DNA of 60,201 bases from Girardia tigrina (taxonomy: Eukaryota). A program made the position numbers and the translations under genes. Below are positions 36,261 to 49,785 of the stretch, piece after piece (position 1 is the first letter of the stretch; the number at the start of each line of letters is the position of its first letter). The stretch spans positions 2,910 to 63,110 of the forward strand of contig MQRK01228804.1 of assembly GCA_001938485.1 (NCBI GenBank), written 5' to 3'. The notes under the pieces are model-generated. The model did not search any database, was not told where the DNA came from, and worked only from the letters and a program-made list of their open reading frames with translations.

Positions 36261-36618
36261 AATTATTGACCTCATTTCAGTGTCAGCTGCACGCTGATTG
36301 GGGAATAATGAAAATTATCCATATTTTATTGAAAATTTTTTTTTATTAAATGACGGATTTCTTATTAAATGCATGAAAATATAGTATGTAAAAGGTGTGC
36401 ATTGACTTGTGTATGCGTGTATTGTATGTGTGTTGTGTGTGTGTTTAGAGTGAGACGTTATTTTATATTTAACATTCTTATAATATACATGCAGTTTTTA
36501 TTTAAGTATGGTTTTAGTTCTTTTAATAATTTTAATTGGATATTTATTTTTAGATCTGAATTTCTTTCAAATTTTTATCAAATGCCCGATATTTTTTATC
36601 AACTGCCAGTGACTGTAT

Positions 36619-37011
36619 TTATCGTTTATATATAATGTAGTCCGGGTCACTACTCTCAATGACAGCGTACCCGACCACATAATTGTATCGCACCTCAGCA
36701 TCTCCATTTATCAACTCCTCTCGTCTCGGTTGCCGTGTGCCCTTGTTTTGGAAGGAGATCGTGTCACCGACAATCACGGGTCGGAGCTCCAGGAGAATTT
36801 CTGCAGACTGATCAGCAAGTGTCCTCTGCACGAATCGATAGGGTGTCGAGAGTGCGGGTTCTTGAAGAAGCAACGGTGCAGGAACGAAATGAGCTTCCTT
36901 TGCATTGGCTGCATCATCACCTGCTCGGGTCATCGATTGCGATTCATAGTCAGTGCAGTTTTGTGTCCGTACATTTTTACGATCATCGAATTTGACAGAA
37001 ATATACCACAC
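36619..37011 (-). other. GC-rich island with an unassigned 130-codon open frame
   Basis: About 50% GC against an AT-rich background; open frames on both strands; no recognisable domain. Confidence 0.3.
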
Positions 37012-37408
37012 ATTAGAGTCAATGAAGAAAAAGACGAAAGTGTTATACTGTACTGTTTATTTCATAAAATGCGTCTCCATTTTTTTCAAGACGTTTTAAA
37101 GATTGTGAATATTTGTTCATTAGTTAAACAACACATTAACCCTTAAATGCATGATTTTTTATTTTTTCATGAAATATTTGATGACAGCTAAAGAATTTTG
37201 ACGTTTATATCAATATTGGCGGGAGTTTTGACATGTTTTGTTATAATCGTNNNNNNNNNNNNNNNNNNNNNNNNNNNNNNNNNNNNNNNNNNNNNNNNNN
37301 NNNNNNNNNNNNNNNNNNNNNNNNNNNNNNNNNNNNNNNNNNNNNNNNNNNNNNNNNNNNNNNNNNNNNNNNNNNNNNNNNNNNNNNNNNNNNNNNNNNN
37401 NNNNNNNN

Positions 37409-37440
<32 letters not shown>

Positions 37441-37446
<6 letters not shown>

Positions 37447-37945
37447 GAACGCATTAAAATCAAATTTTATTGTCGCAATATATTTCGGTGGATTTTCCAC
37501 CATCTTCAGGCTGAATTCACAACAATTTCGCTGTCTTATATATAGCAAATTGATCATTATGTAAATATCTTACATAATAACTATAATTAAATATTTTCAA
37601 TAAATTGGAAGAGAGACGGATTCAGGAGTATGGACGATTGGGTAATGTGAGTAATATTTCTGGACATATGAAGGGTTGTAAATCGAAGGTGAAAACAACT
37701 TATTTTAAAATATTGTGCAGTAATTTCAAAAATTATTGGGAAAGACGTACTTGTGAAGCATTCAAACAGGTCTCTCTTCCAATTTGTTGAAAATATTTAA
37801 TTAGTTATTACGCAAAATGTTTGCATAATCATCAATTTGCTATATATAAGACAGCGAAATTGTTGTTAATTCAGCCTGAAGATGGTGGAAAATCCACCGA
37901 AATATATTGCGACAATAAAATTTTATTTTAATGGCGTTCTTAATT
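37441..37945 (+). mobile_element. Penelope-like element remnant: GIY-YIG C-terminal fragment between inverted pLTR copies
   Basis: RRIQEYGR...SNISGHMKGC...FKILCSN...YWERRTCEA (37605-37760); ~140-bp inverted arms at 37441-37582 and 37803-37945. Confidence 0.8.
37871..37912 (+). ncRNA. Minimal type I hammerhead ribozyme motif in the Penelope pLTR (second copy on minus strand ~37474-37515)
   Basis: CUGAAGA 37876-37882, stem II ggugga/uccacc, GAAA 37899-37902, palindromic AUAUAU stem III, candidate AUU cleavage triplet. Confidence 0.75.
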
Positions 37946-38759
37946 ATAAAATTTTGCCATTATTTTTTAAAATTTCTTATATATATATGTATATATATAT
38001 AATTTTTTCATGAGTTTTTTCTCATTGCAGGAAAATAGGAGCACCACATATGCTATAAATTGAATGTCAATATGTGAGTGTGAAATCTGTAAGACTTATT
38101 CCTTTGATCAAAATTATGCCTCAAGGAGAAAGGGAAGAATTATATCAAACGACAAGTTATACTTGTGTAAGAACACGATTTGGTAAGGGTCATACATTCT
38201 TTTTTTTGTTTAGTTATTTGCATTTATGCAAGATTTATTCCTCATAAAAGTGACGATAGAAATCTCAAGAAAAAAATGATTTTCTTGTTAAATGTAGGTT
38301 TTTGAATTAATAACAAATTCAACGGACATAATTAAATTTATATTTAGAAAATTATTCATAAAATAAACATTAAAATTTATTATGAATATAAAAAATATGT
38401 TTTCAAATTTAAGATATTTATAAGATGAAAACAAAATATTTAATTTCATAACTTAAATAATAACTCAAATTCCTTTGCTCATTTATTCCACAAGGAGTTT
38501 CGTTTATTCGAAACTCAAAGTGTATGAGAGAAGGAAAGCAATCTCCGTCTTTAAGGAATGTTTTATTTTTTAATGATTTGATGTTATTTAATAAGCGAAC
38601 TAATTTTCTTTTAAAGTGAAGTTGATTACTTTAGCTTGTGATAATATATTTTTTTCTGATTATTTTTGCTGTGATTTTCAAATGGTCTTTAAATGCATTT
38701 ATTTTGTATTATCTTTTTATTATTTTATTTTCATTATATTCAAGAATTTGAGAAAGTTA

Positions 38760-39587
38760 ATCTTTTAAAAAAATATTATGAGTTAGTTCACAAGGATAAA
38801 GGAGTGGTATCATTGGTATAGAACATAATATAGCAACAAAGAATGTCCAGAAAATAAAAGCCCAACTCGCTTTGCATGCTTTAGTCGAATCTACGACAGT
38901 TGATTCCGATGTCACTTAATCCCGAGGTAATTGGAGGTAATTTGATCCAGAAGATCTGGATCGCTAATGGAACCTTTGCACTTGCACCTACGGCGTTTTT
39001 TCAGCTTTATTCCACCCATGTTTTATTTGGAGATGGAATAAATCAAGTCGGTCGCCGCTTGAGGGGTTGTAATGCAGTTATGGCTTTTTACTTTTTAAAG
39101 TTGAACAGTGGAATCAGCACGAGACTGTAACTTCAGGGATTGTGAGAACGTCAAACTCAGTTGAATGGTGGAATCGTGACCTTCAGTCACTCTTTTAGTG
39201 TCACCACTCTACAAAGTGGAAGCTCATGAATGGGACCAGAAGGGCATCAACAAACAAGCAATAAGGTTTTACCGGCGCAAGACACACAGCTTAGAAGAGA
39301 TATCGTACTTTGAATGAAAGAGTAAAAAGAGCTGTGATCGGCTATAATCGTGTTGAGGTACTTGTGTTTCTACGTGCAATGGCTCATATGTCACACTCCT
39401 AAAAGCTAATGTTTAATTAATAATAATATTTATTGGAGACTTTTTTATTTTTTGATATTATTAAGTGTCTTCAGTAAATAATGAAATTTGGATCAAATGT
39501 CCCAGGGATTAAAGTCCTCCGGATCAAGTATCTTCGGGATTAAGTGTCCGGGATTAACTGTCTTGGGATTAAGTATCCCCGTACCGC
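38760..39587 (+). mobile_element. MULE (Mutator) transposase remnant with right-end subterminal repeats
   Basis: WIANGTFALAPTAFFQLYSTH (DGTF..P..F.QLY.IH), RTSNSVEWWN, FLRAMAH; repeated gggattaa(g/c)tgtc units at 39491-39580. Confidence 0.8.
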
Positions 39588-42500
39588 TTTAGACGGGGTT
39601 CATTAGGTGTTGCCGCCAATAAATGAAGTCCCAACTTTGTGGAAGAAATATACACTAACTGCGGGAATGTTACATAAATATCAAGACGATATAAAATTAT
39701 TGTTCATCACTGTCCTTTTAGAATAGAAATCAAATCAGAATTACTGAAGGATAAATAATGTAACAGTGCTAGACAAGAAAGACAGGAATATGGAAGAGAT
39801 ACTGAAGATTCAATGAGACATCAAAAGATTAGGCTCCATCAAGTAGTGGGTCGGTTGGAGCCATATTATAGAAATCACAACTGATTATTTTAATGGGAAT
39901 GAGGAAGTGGAACTAAAAGTTGTAGAGAAAGTATAAAGATTTTTGATGAAAACGAATTTGGTAACAGAAAGGATTATTATGGAAGCAAGCTGATAAGACC
40001 AAAGGATCTAATCAACTCGATTACACAATAATAACTGAGTTAATTACAAAAAATATGAATAAAATAGTATAAATGATAACTTGTATTAAACAAAAATTTC
40101 AGTAACGGAAAGAATTAGAATGGATCAAGTAATGGATCACACAATAGAATTGGATAGTAGAGTCAAAGAATAGATTGTTAAATAATGAATAATGAATTAA
40201 ACAGTTACTTCGAATGTCGGACCTTCAGTAGACTGTACTCAAATCGTCCAGATTCAACTGTTGGTGATCGATTACAGGTGGGACAGAAAAAACGTTTATT
40301 TCGTATTGTTGCGTTAGAATCACAATTTAATATAAAACATATAACATATAAAATTTGAGTATCGATTTAAACAAAATAATCAGAAATATCGTAAAGCATA
40401 AAAAACAAGAGAAATCACACAAAAAACATAAGAATTGTAACAAACCGGCAACAAGAAGTGCTAAAATGTATATAAATGGGATAAAAAGTGTAAATATTGG
40501 CGGAGAAGTAAATAATTACAGACAAATAATCGATAAAATCAGAATAACGCGTGCAAATGAATAGATAAAAATCCGCAAAAATAATGACAAATTCAAAATA
40601 ATTTTGTGAACAAAACAAAATAAAAAGTACGAAAATCCGTTAGGAATTCGCAGAGAAATAGCAAAATTGAAATAAAAATAATAAATCAATAAATAACGAT
40701 TAATGAACGGATTTGGATGAAATAAACAAATAAAATAGTCGGAAAAATCACTAAAATACTCGTAAAATACCAACAGATAATACAAGATAATCACATCAAA
40801 AAGCGAGAGAAAATAGCAAATAAATACAAAAATAGTATAAATTGGAACATCGCCAAATAAAGAAGTAACGATGAAATCCTCACAAAATGAAGACGAAAAA
40901 TTCATAAAATAATCGGAAAAATCCCGGAAAAACCGACAAGATGCAAAAACACCGCAATCAACACTAATCGACCAAGATTTCGAAAGAAAATAATTTAAAA
41001 TTAATAAAATTGTATTTTACTGTAATATTGCGATAAAAAACGCAAATATGATCGGAAATCGATCGATAAAAGCGGAAAAAATTTGTAAAAATTATGCGAT
41101 AGAAAATATGAAAAAATACGCAGCGAAAATAGAAAAATACGAAAAGAAACATAAAAAAATCAATAAAATCGAAAATCATTCAAAATAATAAATATTCAAT
41201 CAATCAATGAGTCCAATATTATGCGGATGCCACTGAAACAGGTTCTAATCGATTTAGAGTAACGTAAAAGGCCACGAAAACGCAATAATGATAAATATCC
41301 ATCAAATCTGCAATAAATTATAAATCAAAAATATATCAAACCGAATGAATTAGATGCGGAAAAAAATCTGAAAAATTACCAAAAAATCAGGAATAAACAT
41401 GTTGGGTGTATAAGGGTGATTAAAGGATAATTATAAAATGAAAGTAAAACAAAGATTTATTTTCTTGTAAATATTTATTTTTATATACAAAATTACAATT
41501 TCGAATTTGCAAATTTAAGAAGTCACTTAACTTATTCAAGATTTTAGAGATTGGGNNNNNNNNNNNNNNNNNNNNNNNNNNNNNNNNNNNNNNNNNNNNN
41601 NNNNNNNNAAAAATATATTAAACAAAATATATAATAATATGAATTCACGTTTTGACCCTTTTCGTACCTTTTCAATTCTCGCTATCTTAAGTTCGGAATC
41701 GTATTTTCTCAACGTTAGAATCAGTGTCAGTTTTTAATTCTCGATCCGCCTTTTATACGATGTTCAGATACTTAATTATTCAGTGGTACTGAATACGTAA
41801 TTAACCACTCTATCTGAAACTCGGTCAAGTAAAATTCTTCACCTTTAAGGTCAAATAAAATAATTCTTATTTTCTTAATTCTTCTCTTGTCTTTCAAATA
41901 AATAATTAAGGGCACTTTCTCTAGAAAATCTTTCTCTTNATATACTATTCTTCCTAAATTAAATTCCTCTTATTTTCTTAATTTAAATTCTATTTACTTT
42001 TCTGATATAAATACTTGTTATTTCTTTCCTAATTATTTATATCTTTTACTTAAATCAAATCCGATTGCTTATATATATATTATATTTATTATAATAAAAA
42101 GGTAAATAATCTTTTATTATACCTATTTAATTAAAACAAAATATTTAATTTTTAAATTTTATATTTTTATACCTAACAAACAGAGTAACGGAAATAATCG
42201 AACTCCGCATGAAAATCCGACGAAAATCGACGTAGAAAATAGAATCCGAGGAAATCACGCGCAAAACGAATATCAGCAAAATCATAAAATAATTCAAAAC
42301 GCAAAATCGATTAATGTGAGGATTACCGAGAAATACAATTACTGAAAATTCTGAAAGGTAAAATCAAAAGTTTCACTCAAAATCCAAAATTTTCGGGAAA
42401 AGTTAAAATCGAATTTATGTGAATATAATAACTAAATAAGTTCTCACTCTCCTCTGGATCGTCGCAGAGGCGGGCCTGTACATTATGCCGGCTCCAGGAG

Positions 42501-43420
42501 GTAAAAAACGAATTAAAATATATAAAAAGTTAAAGGTCAAACTAAAAAAGCGAAATTGACTTACTTTGAAACGGAATTTCCGCATGGGAATTGAATCGCG
42601 CGCGCGGAACGTCGTCGCCGATATGATATAATTGTTCCGAACAAACAACGATATTTTGGAGGTCCGGAAACAGGCTGGAAAAAATGATAAAATTATTAAA
42701 ATTAAAACAAAAAATAAAATAAACGTACTTTTAGACTTAGAAAATCGCTGAATCAGCATAAATCAGCAAGTCGCTAAAATTGGCAGTCACTAAATTTGGA
42801 AGTGACGTGCTCTAACGGAGTTGGATCCAGCGTTTTGGAACTCGACGTGGACCAATTAGGATTGAATACGAGATAATTTCAAAAGGAAAATTCAGTATAA
42901 ATACTGAACAATTTTTAGAGAAAATCAGACAATTTTTGAGAGAGGTTGGTATTGTTGAAATTTTCGCGATCGAGAGAAAGAGTAGAGGGTTACTCTCTTT
43001 CTCGGGTCCCGAATATTTAAATTTTATATTCATGCAGCGGTCGGTCACCCGATTATTAATTATGTTTTTTTTGTTATTAATTATGTCGAACTATTTTATT
43101 TTGCAAATATAAATATTTCACAACAATTTATTTTATTTAAATATTTTTGTTCTGATGATTTATTTCAGCTCGAATACCCTCGGGTAGGGCAATATCTAAA
43201 ATCACAATAATTAAAATTCTTGAATACTGGTTCCGGCATGCGTTTTAGCGCGGCCAGAATAAGTCCCCGGTTTATGAAGTCTCTGAGTGATAGCAAAACT
43301 CAAGAATTCATACCGGAAGGCAGTTTCGGAATCCGACTGCTATCTTTCATGACCGCTTCCGCAGAATAGAAATGAATTTCGATCAACGACTCATATTTTA
43401 CTCTTATTAATCTTTTGTAG

Positions 43421-43754
43421 ATGTTTCAACAAATTGAGTTAGCCCAAGCTAAGCTTACCATCGAACGGCTTCAAGCTGAAAACAAGTAAAGTTTTGATGA
43501 AAAGTAAAGCGACAGATCGCAAAGAAATATTGAATCTTCGTGACAGTGTTGAACGACTGACTGCGAGTCTAAAAGCAGTCAAGGAGGCCTCTATCGAGCC
43601 AGATGAGTACGCTCGCGTAGTGAGACGAGGTGTGGCAATGGAGAGCCGAATAAGAGAGCTTGAGCGCCTCTATTCTGAGCAGTTGCAGATCCGCATGAGC
43701 GAAAAGTTAAGGGCCGACGAAGGGAAAGAGTCGCGCACCTTAGGAACTCAATGA
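43421..43754 (+). pseudogene. Coiled-coil coding fragment, frameshifted; family unknown
   Basis: Follows acceptor TTTTGTAG; IELAQAKLTIERLQAENK then LNLRDSVERLTASLKAV...MESRIRELERLY in another frame; AATAAA at ~43849. Confidence 0.35.
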
Positions 43755-44448
43755 TGTATCGCGGATAATCGAGGAGAAGATTATGTGAATAGGCGAAAGC
43801 GTCAAAGGCTCCGTAAGAGCATAGATAATGTTGTAAAATGTTTTTCGAAATAAAAATTTTTTAATGGGTTTATATGAGTTGTTGATATGTTGTTCTAAAA
43901 TATTACAAGCACTGATTGGTTTAAAATTTTATTAGCATTTCTTTCTTTTTCTATATCACTACATCTTGACATTAAAATCACACACATAAATGGAGAATTT
44001 GCGTCAGGGTATTCGAGTCCATACTTTTGTAAATAAGTTTTATAATGATTAAAATAATAAAAGATGAAATGTTGTCATGGCTATTATACCTGCTAAGGGG
44101 GTTCAACACAAAAAGATGTAACATACAGTATCTGGAGTCAACACAACACAACATGGGGTTATTGCATTAATCCAAATCGTTTTAATCTAACATCACATCA
44201 TACCCAATATGGCTGATCTGGTCTACCTAGTCTTAAACTTGTGTAGATCTGGAAACTGGAAGGTCCTCATCACTTATCCCTGCGTGCAGATGGTATGCTG
44301 GGTGAGAGGCAAGTTGTGGTCGTAGATATTGAGAGATTAGGAGTTAAAATATACATGCAGAGGCTATATTAGTATGATAGCGTTTTATGGTTGGTTACCG
44401 ATAACCTGGGGGCTCAAAGCCAAAGCTTCCCAAGATATGTTCACATGT

Positions 44449-44667
44449 TTAAAACATCACGTAACCACAACAGAATGATAAAATAAAGGAAACACTGGGA
44501 TACAGAGTTTGGTTTTGAATCTTGAATTTTTGTCGTGGAAATTGTTGAATTAAATTGATTGATGTTCTCGTTTGAATGCGGTCGAAATCGCTTCTGTAAA
44601 AAGTTACCGCAAAAATAATAACTGTTCCCGTATCGTCAAAGATCAACAGATTAATCAATCCGCTGAC
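44449..44667 (-). pseudogene. Tetraspanin-like exon fragment (TM3 to EC2 CCG)
   Basis: Acceptor GACTTAG, hydrophobic VSGLINLLIF...VIIFAVTFY, 41 residues, then CCG; stop soon after. Confidence 0.4.
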
Positions 44668-45569
44668 CTAAGTCAAAATAAAATACGGAAAGTTAATTTT
44701 CTTTCTTTGGAGAGTTTTCTGGTTAAGAAATCGTTTCTCTGAATCGTATCAACAATTTTATTTCATTTTTTAATTGTGATCGATTCATCGATTTTTTTTT
44801 TCAATTTTTTAAAATTTCGTATTATATTGCTCATGGCAATATTATAATTAATTTACTTTAGTCAGCTTTTCTGGCTAAAGTGATAAAAATAAAAATAAAC
44901 TAATAAAAATAGATTTTTTTGTACGTTCAGACAGACTAACTAAATAAAATAAAAAAACAATAAATAAATTGTGGTAAAATAAAAATCGTCGCAGGCCAAA
45001 TTTTAAAAAAAATAGAAACACAAAAAATATCTACGTACCAGAGGGAAAGTTACAAGAATCAATCTGAGATAAAAAAAATACACAGACAATCGACATAAAA
45101 ATTTTAAGCATCATTCGAGAACCATAGTATATCTGTCAAGAAAGCAAAGTTCGCTACACTGATATTAGTAAAGAAAAGCTTAAATTTACGAGTTACACAA
45201 ATTGATTTTTTTGTACACTAAGGTGCATGAAAAGTGTAGTATTACAGGGAATATTCAGAGAAATGAGTTGAATACTTGAATACAAGACGAGAATCAATTC
45301 GTGAAGTTCCGCTATTTTACAGGAATTACAAAACATATTATTAAATTAATAAGAGGAAAGTTGCGCAAACGAAAATCAGTAGTAAAAAAGGAGGAAAATA
45401 TCAAAATAGTTCATTTTTTATTGTGAAAAATGTGATTCCACATTTTAAAATATAAATCAAAACGAAACAATCTTTTTAACGATATTTGTGTTTCTCGACT
45501 TTCAAAGCAATTTTCCCACATTTAAAAAATCTACACTTTTACCCTTTTTAACAACGAATTTAATTGTTG

Positions 45570-45925
45570 TTAATTTTCATCATCATACGTCCCGGGATCT
45601 CATTATCATAAATCACGTACTCACTGAACCAAACAGGTAATCATCAAGTTCTCTGTGGTACAATACAAGGAACTGTTCTCGAATACCGCATCACATCATC
45701 AATTGAAAGATCTCTTCTCGCAGTCGCTAATTCATCTTTGCATTCCGCAGCTACTTCAGTAATCACATTTTTCGGCTTTGGTGTTGCATACCTCAGGTTA
45801 GCCTCGTGCCTCGGAATCCCGTCTATTTCAATAGATTTTCCAAAGTTAAATCATGACAAGATCCCTCTTTGCCATCGCGTCGTGCATCACGCTCCGCCGG
45901 TTCCATGTAGACCTGATCATTTGGT
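45570..45925 (-). mobile_element. Gypsy pol 3' end (post-integrase) fragment
   Basis: CTTRWQRG...SIEIDGIPRHEANLR...QRT..LPVWFSEYV, same style as the pol tail of the 54870-56596 element. Confidence 0.7.
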
Positions 45926-46086
45926 GTTCGGGATTGAAATTTAAAAATAAAATATTTTACAATTTAAAAAATTACTATTAATAAATTATAATTATTTATA
46001 AAATTAATTTTGTAAAATTTGTTTTCATTTATGATTTTGTATTTTAAAAATGTCGTTTTCGATATTTTATTAGAAGTTTTATTTAA

Positions 46087-46302
46087 AACTAAAATACCGG
46101 AGCGGTCATTTTTGACTGAAACCGAATCTTATTTAAGACAATAAATCCTAATGATTTGATTTTTTCTAGTTCATATCAATATTGTTAATATCTATCGAAA
46201 TTATAAGTCTCGAAAATTCAAGTTGATAGAAATTATTGTCTTGAAATTGGCGCTCGTTAAAATTGCTTAGCCGTCAAAAATGACCACTCCGGCATTCTAA
46301 TG
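46087..46302. mobile_element. piggyBac-type MITE
   Basis: TIRs ccggagcggtcatttttgac / gtcaaaaatgaccactccgg; TTAA on the left, TTAT on the right. Confidence 0.7.
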
Positions 46303-49300
46303 TTATTCTTTTTAAATTACGTTGTTTAAATGCATCTGATTTTAGAAAATATTTACTATCTACTTCGGCAGCCTACATGACCACTTGGATTGAACTCAGT
46401 CTCTCAGTGCCGTTCTTCTATGGGTTTAACCATTGAGAACCATTACTAGTATGAATAAATTAAATTATTAGGAACCGACTTACGACTCGTCCAAATTTTT
46501 GGTGTTGTATTTTAATAAAATACTAAATCTAACTCGTTAGTGTCACTTCTTTTATCATGTGATGATTCTTTTCGATGTTGGCGTTTTTTTATGGTCTTTA
46601 AGCACATCGATACCTATTGATACATTCTGAAATTTTCCCAGACTTTGTAATTTATCTGAATCGGAAATATTTGCAATCATAGCACAACAGTTCATTAGGT
46701 GGTCCCCTCTAGGAATATCTTGACCAATAGTTCTGGAACGGACTCAGCACCATCGTTACTTAATTGTTCCCAAATTGCAAAACAGATCAACCCATAATTA
46801 ATGAAAGTGCAATAAATTGTTAGTTATGTCAAAAGTATGGCGTCGTCAATTATTCGACACTTCCAAATTGGAAGTTCCAATTCATCTTTGCTCTACTGCA
46901 ATGAGCTTGAATCAATCAATAAGCAACGGTCGCCTTCTTCTACTACTGTCACTGCCATATCTCCATTTGCTGTTCCGTAAATTTTTCGAATTGAGAAAAT
47001 AGTTCTTTTGACACCATAAAACAGCAATGAATTGACTGTTTTCATATCTTAAATCGATGTTTAACTTTCGAAACTGACTGTCAGAAAACATTTTTGAAAT
47101 TGTTACTACCAATTTGCGAGCAACCTAGTCAGTATATCAGATAAATCTTCGATGGATTTCACCAAAGAAATTGTCAACATCCTATAACATTCCTGTAAAA
47201 AATTTTCCAACAAAATAATCATCGTTTAACTAACATTTCAGAGAGTCCATGCACTTACATGCAAATTTCATATTAACTCCTTTTAAAGGTGCTTCCAATT
47301 CCATCAATTGATAGGACGTACATCATTTTTTTCAGCAACCAACAATTGCCTTTGTGGTGTTTTGTGAGTATATTGAGTAGGTGTTGATGGCTGTCGTAGT
47401 GGACATTTCCTTAGTGGAGGAGTCGTCTTTCATGCCTCTCAGATTCCGGTTATTACCCCAACTCGTATTTTCGACTTCGACCTTTTTGCAAACCACGTGG
47501 ATGAATCCTTAACCGACACCTTTGATCACGGTCAAAGAGTAAACTATATTTTGTTGATCGTCTATGTTCATGTTCATGACTCGAAAAATGTGATGGAGTT
47601 TCGGTAGAATTATCAGTTGCGTTTTAAAATCTTTATTCAACACCATTTTTAATTCAAAACAATTTTCAGCGATTATAATATATTTGTTCATTAAAAAATT
47701 ATTTGTACATGTTTTATTAAATACAAATTAATTTTTTTATGACACAAATTTTAAAAAAAGAATGCATAAACACATTGTTGTGGTACATAACATAGCCCAA
47801 CCCCATCCACTGCGTGAGAAAAATAGTGTTTTGACCAGTTTAAAGAGACTTCACTATTTGGGATGACGGCTTCACAAAAAAGATCAGTTATGTTGGGTTT
47901 TAAATTATTAAAAATTATCTTGAATTCAATTATTCACTTTTTAAAATACAAATCTTAAATCTCTATCTTTAATCGTAAATCTCTTTTCTTAATTCTTTAA
48001 TCAATAATCTTTAATCAATAATTCTCAATCAATAATCTTTTNNNNNNNNNNNNNNNNNNNNNNNNNNNNNNNNNNNNNNNNNNNNNNNNNNNNNNNNNNN
48101 NNNNNNNNNNNNNNNNNNNNNNNNNNNNNNNNNNNNNNNNNNNNNNNNNNNNNNNNNNNNNNNNNNNNNNNNNNNNNNNNNNNNNNNNNNACAATCAATA
48201 TTTCGTGCGAGTTAACAGATTACAGTAAAAACTGTGAATCTCCCAAAACGAACGATGCTTTGATTTAAACTTAGAACTCTTCTGTAAACCTTGTTCTCCA
48301 ATAGAGGATGATACTACAGGTTTTGTTCAAGTTTGAAAAATATAAAGTAAATAATAACTCTACTTACGAACAATTCTCTTCAGTTAAAATTTCTTGCAAA
48401 TATTTTTGGGCAAACTAAAACTGAATTTGATGTTGTTTATATAGTAATTTTCCTCAGCCTTGAAAATTGATGAGATAAAACAAAGAGTAAANNNNNNNNN
48501 NNNNNNNNNNNNNNNNNNNNNNNNNNNNNNNNNNNNNNNNNNNNNNNTTGTTAAACTAAGTATTATTTTGTTTGAAATTAATAATTTTACTAAAAGAATT
48601 ATTTAAAAATTTTCCTTTATAAAATTTTATCAAAAGTGTTCACATGTATTTTTTCGGAACCCTAACAGTTATATGGATATAAGTTGTGTTTCTACTGAAG
48701 ATTGGTTGTACCAGTGGCTGTACGTGTGGGTATTCAGGTGGAAAATCTCTGTGGTTGGTATCTCTTGTTGCCCTTTGTTTGTTTTGTGTGAAACAGGACA
48801 ATATGGTAAGGTTTCTGTAGGTTGTGGTGAGTAACGTTTATGACGTGTAATGGTATGTGTATCCTGATTCAAGTTATTAAAATTTAGGTTTGGTAGTGTG
48901 AAAGAAACGAGTATTTGGTGGTATACTTTGTGCAGATCGATAGTTTGAAAAACATTAGTTCCTCCGAGTCAGTGAAGAGTACAAGTTATGAGTAGGAGGG
49001 GATAACTGTCAGATTGAGTTCCATTGTTTAGTTCCGTCTATTTTGAGCACAATATGAAGTGAGCACAATACTCATTCGAGATCCAGGAACTGATTTTCTG
49101 CTTATAGAACGATGGTCGGGTGTAAAATTTGAAAATTTCCCCTTTAATGTACATTTGTTACTTTTTCACAAATTTTCATAAGTAATTTTATCATATCATA
49201 AATAAATTCTTAGAAAAAATGTTTTGTCGTTTGAGCAAATAATTTAATTTAATTTTAACTGAATATTGTAATTGCTCATTATATGATCTAAAATAAAGAG

Positions 49301-49785
49301 AATAATTATCTGAAAATAATTTAATTTAAAATTTTAAATTTTAAAATTATGAATTCGCAAGGTAAAAAATAAATTCGGAGTTCAACTTCCATATTATTGG
49401 ATATTAAAATTAAAATTTAATTTATCTATTAAAGATTTTAAGAACTACAACGGACTTACTTTACACCTTTTGAAAAGTTCTATATTGGCTGTAGTGGCAT
49501 ATTAATATTAATTCACAGGACTGCAGCTCGTATTGTGAAAGAAAGATATATGGTAGAATAGAAAACTAATCATTTGAAACAAGAGATTCTACTCTTACAA
49601 TGCCTCCAAATCACCATCCTCATTTTGAATTGCTTTATCTATAAACTCTCATGAATTATTTCCATTAAATTTTTCTAGACACTCGAAATTAGTTTTATTC
49701 TTGATATGATAGGATAGCTTGTAAGATAAGAATAAATTAACATAATTAAATTTAATTTCAGTTACAATATATATATATATATATA

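Noticed and set aside
46360-46385. U6 snRNA-like cttcggcagc
   Set aside because: Match is about 10 nt and does not extend.
48669-48872. 67-aa minus-strand ORF with TLPYCP
   Set aside because: May be a Penelope linker relic, but a single short motif is insufficient.
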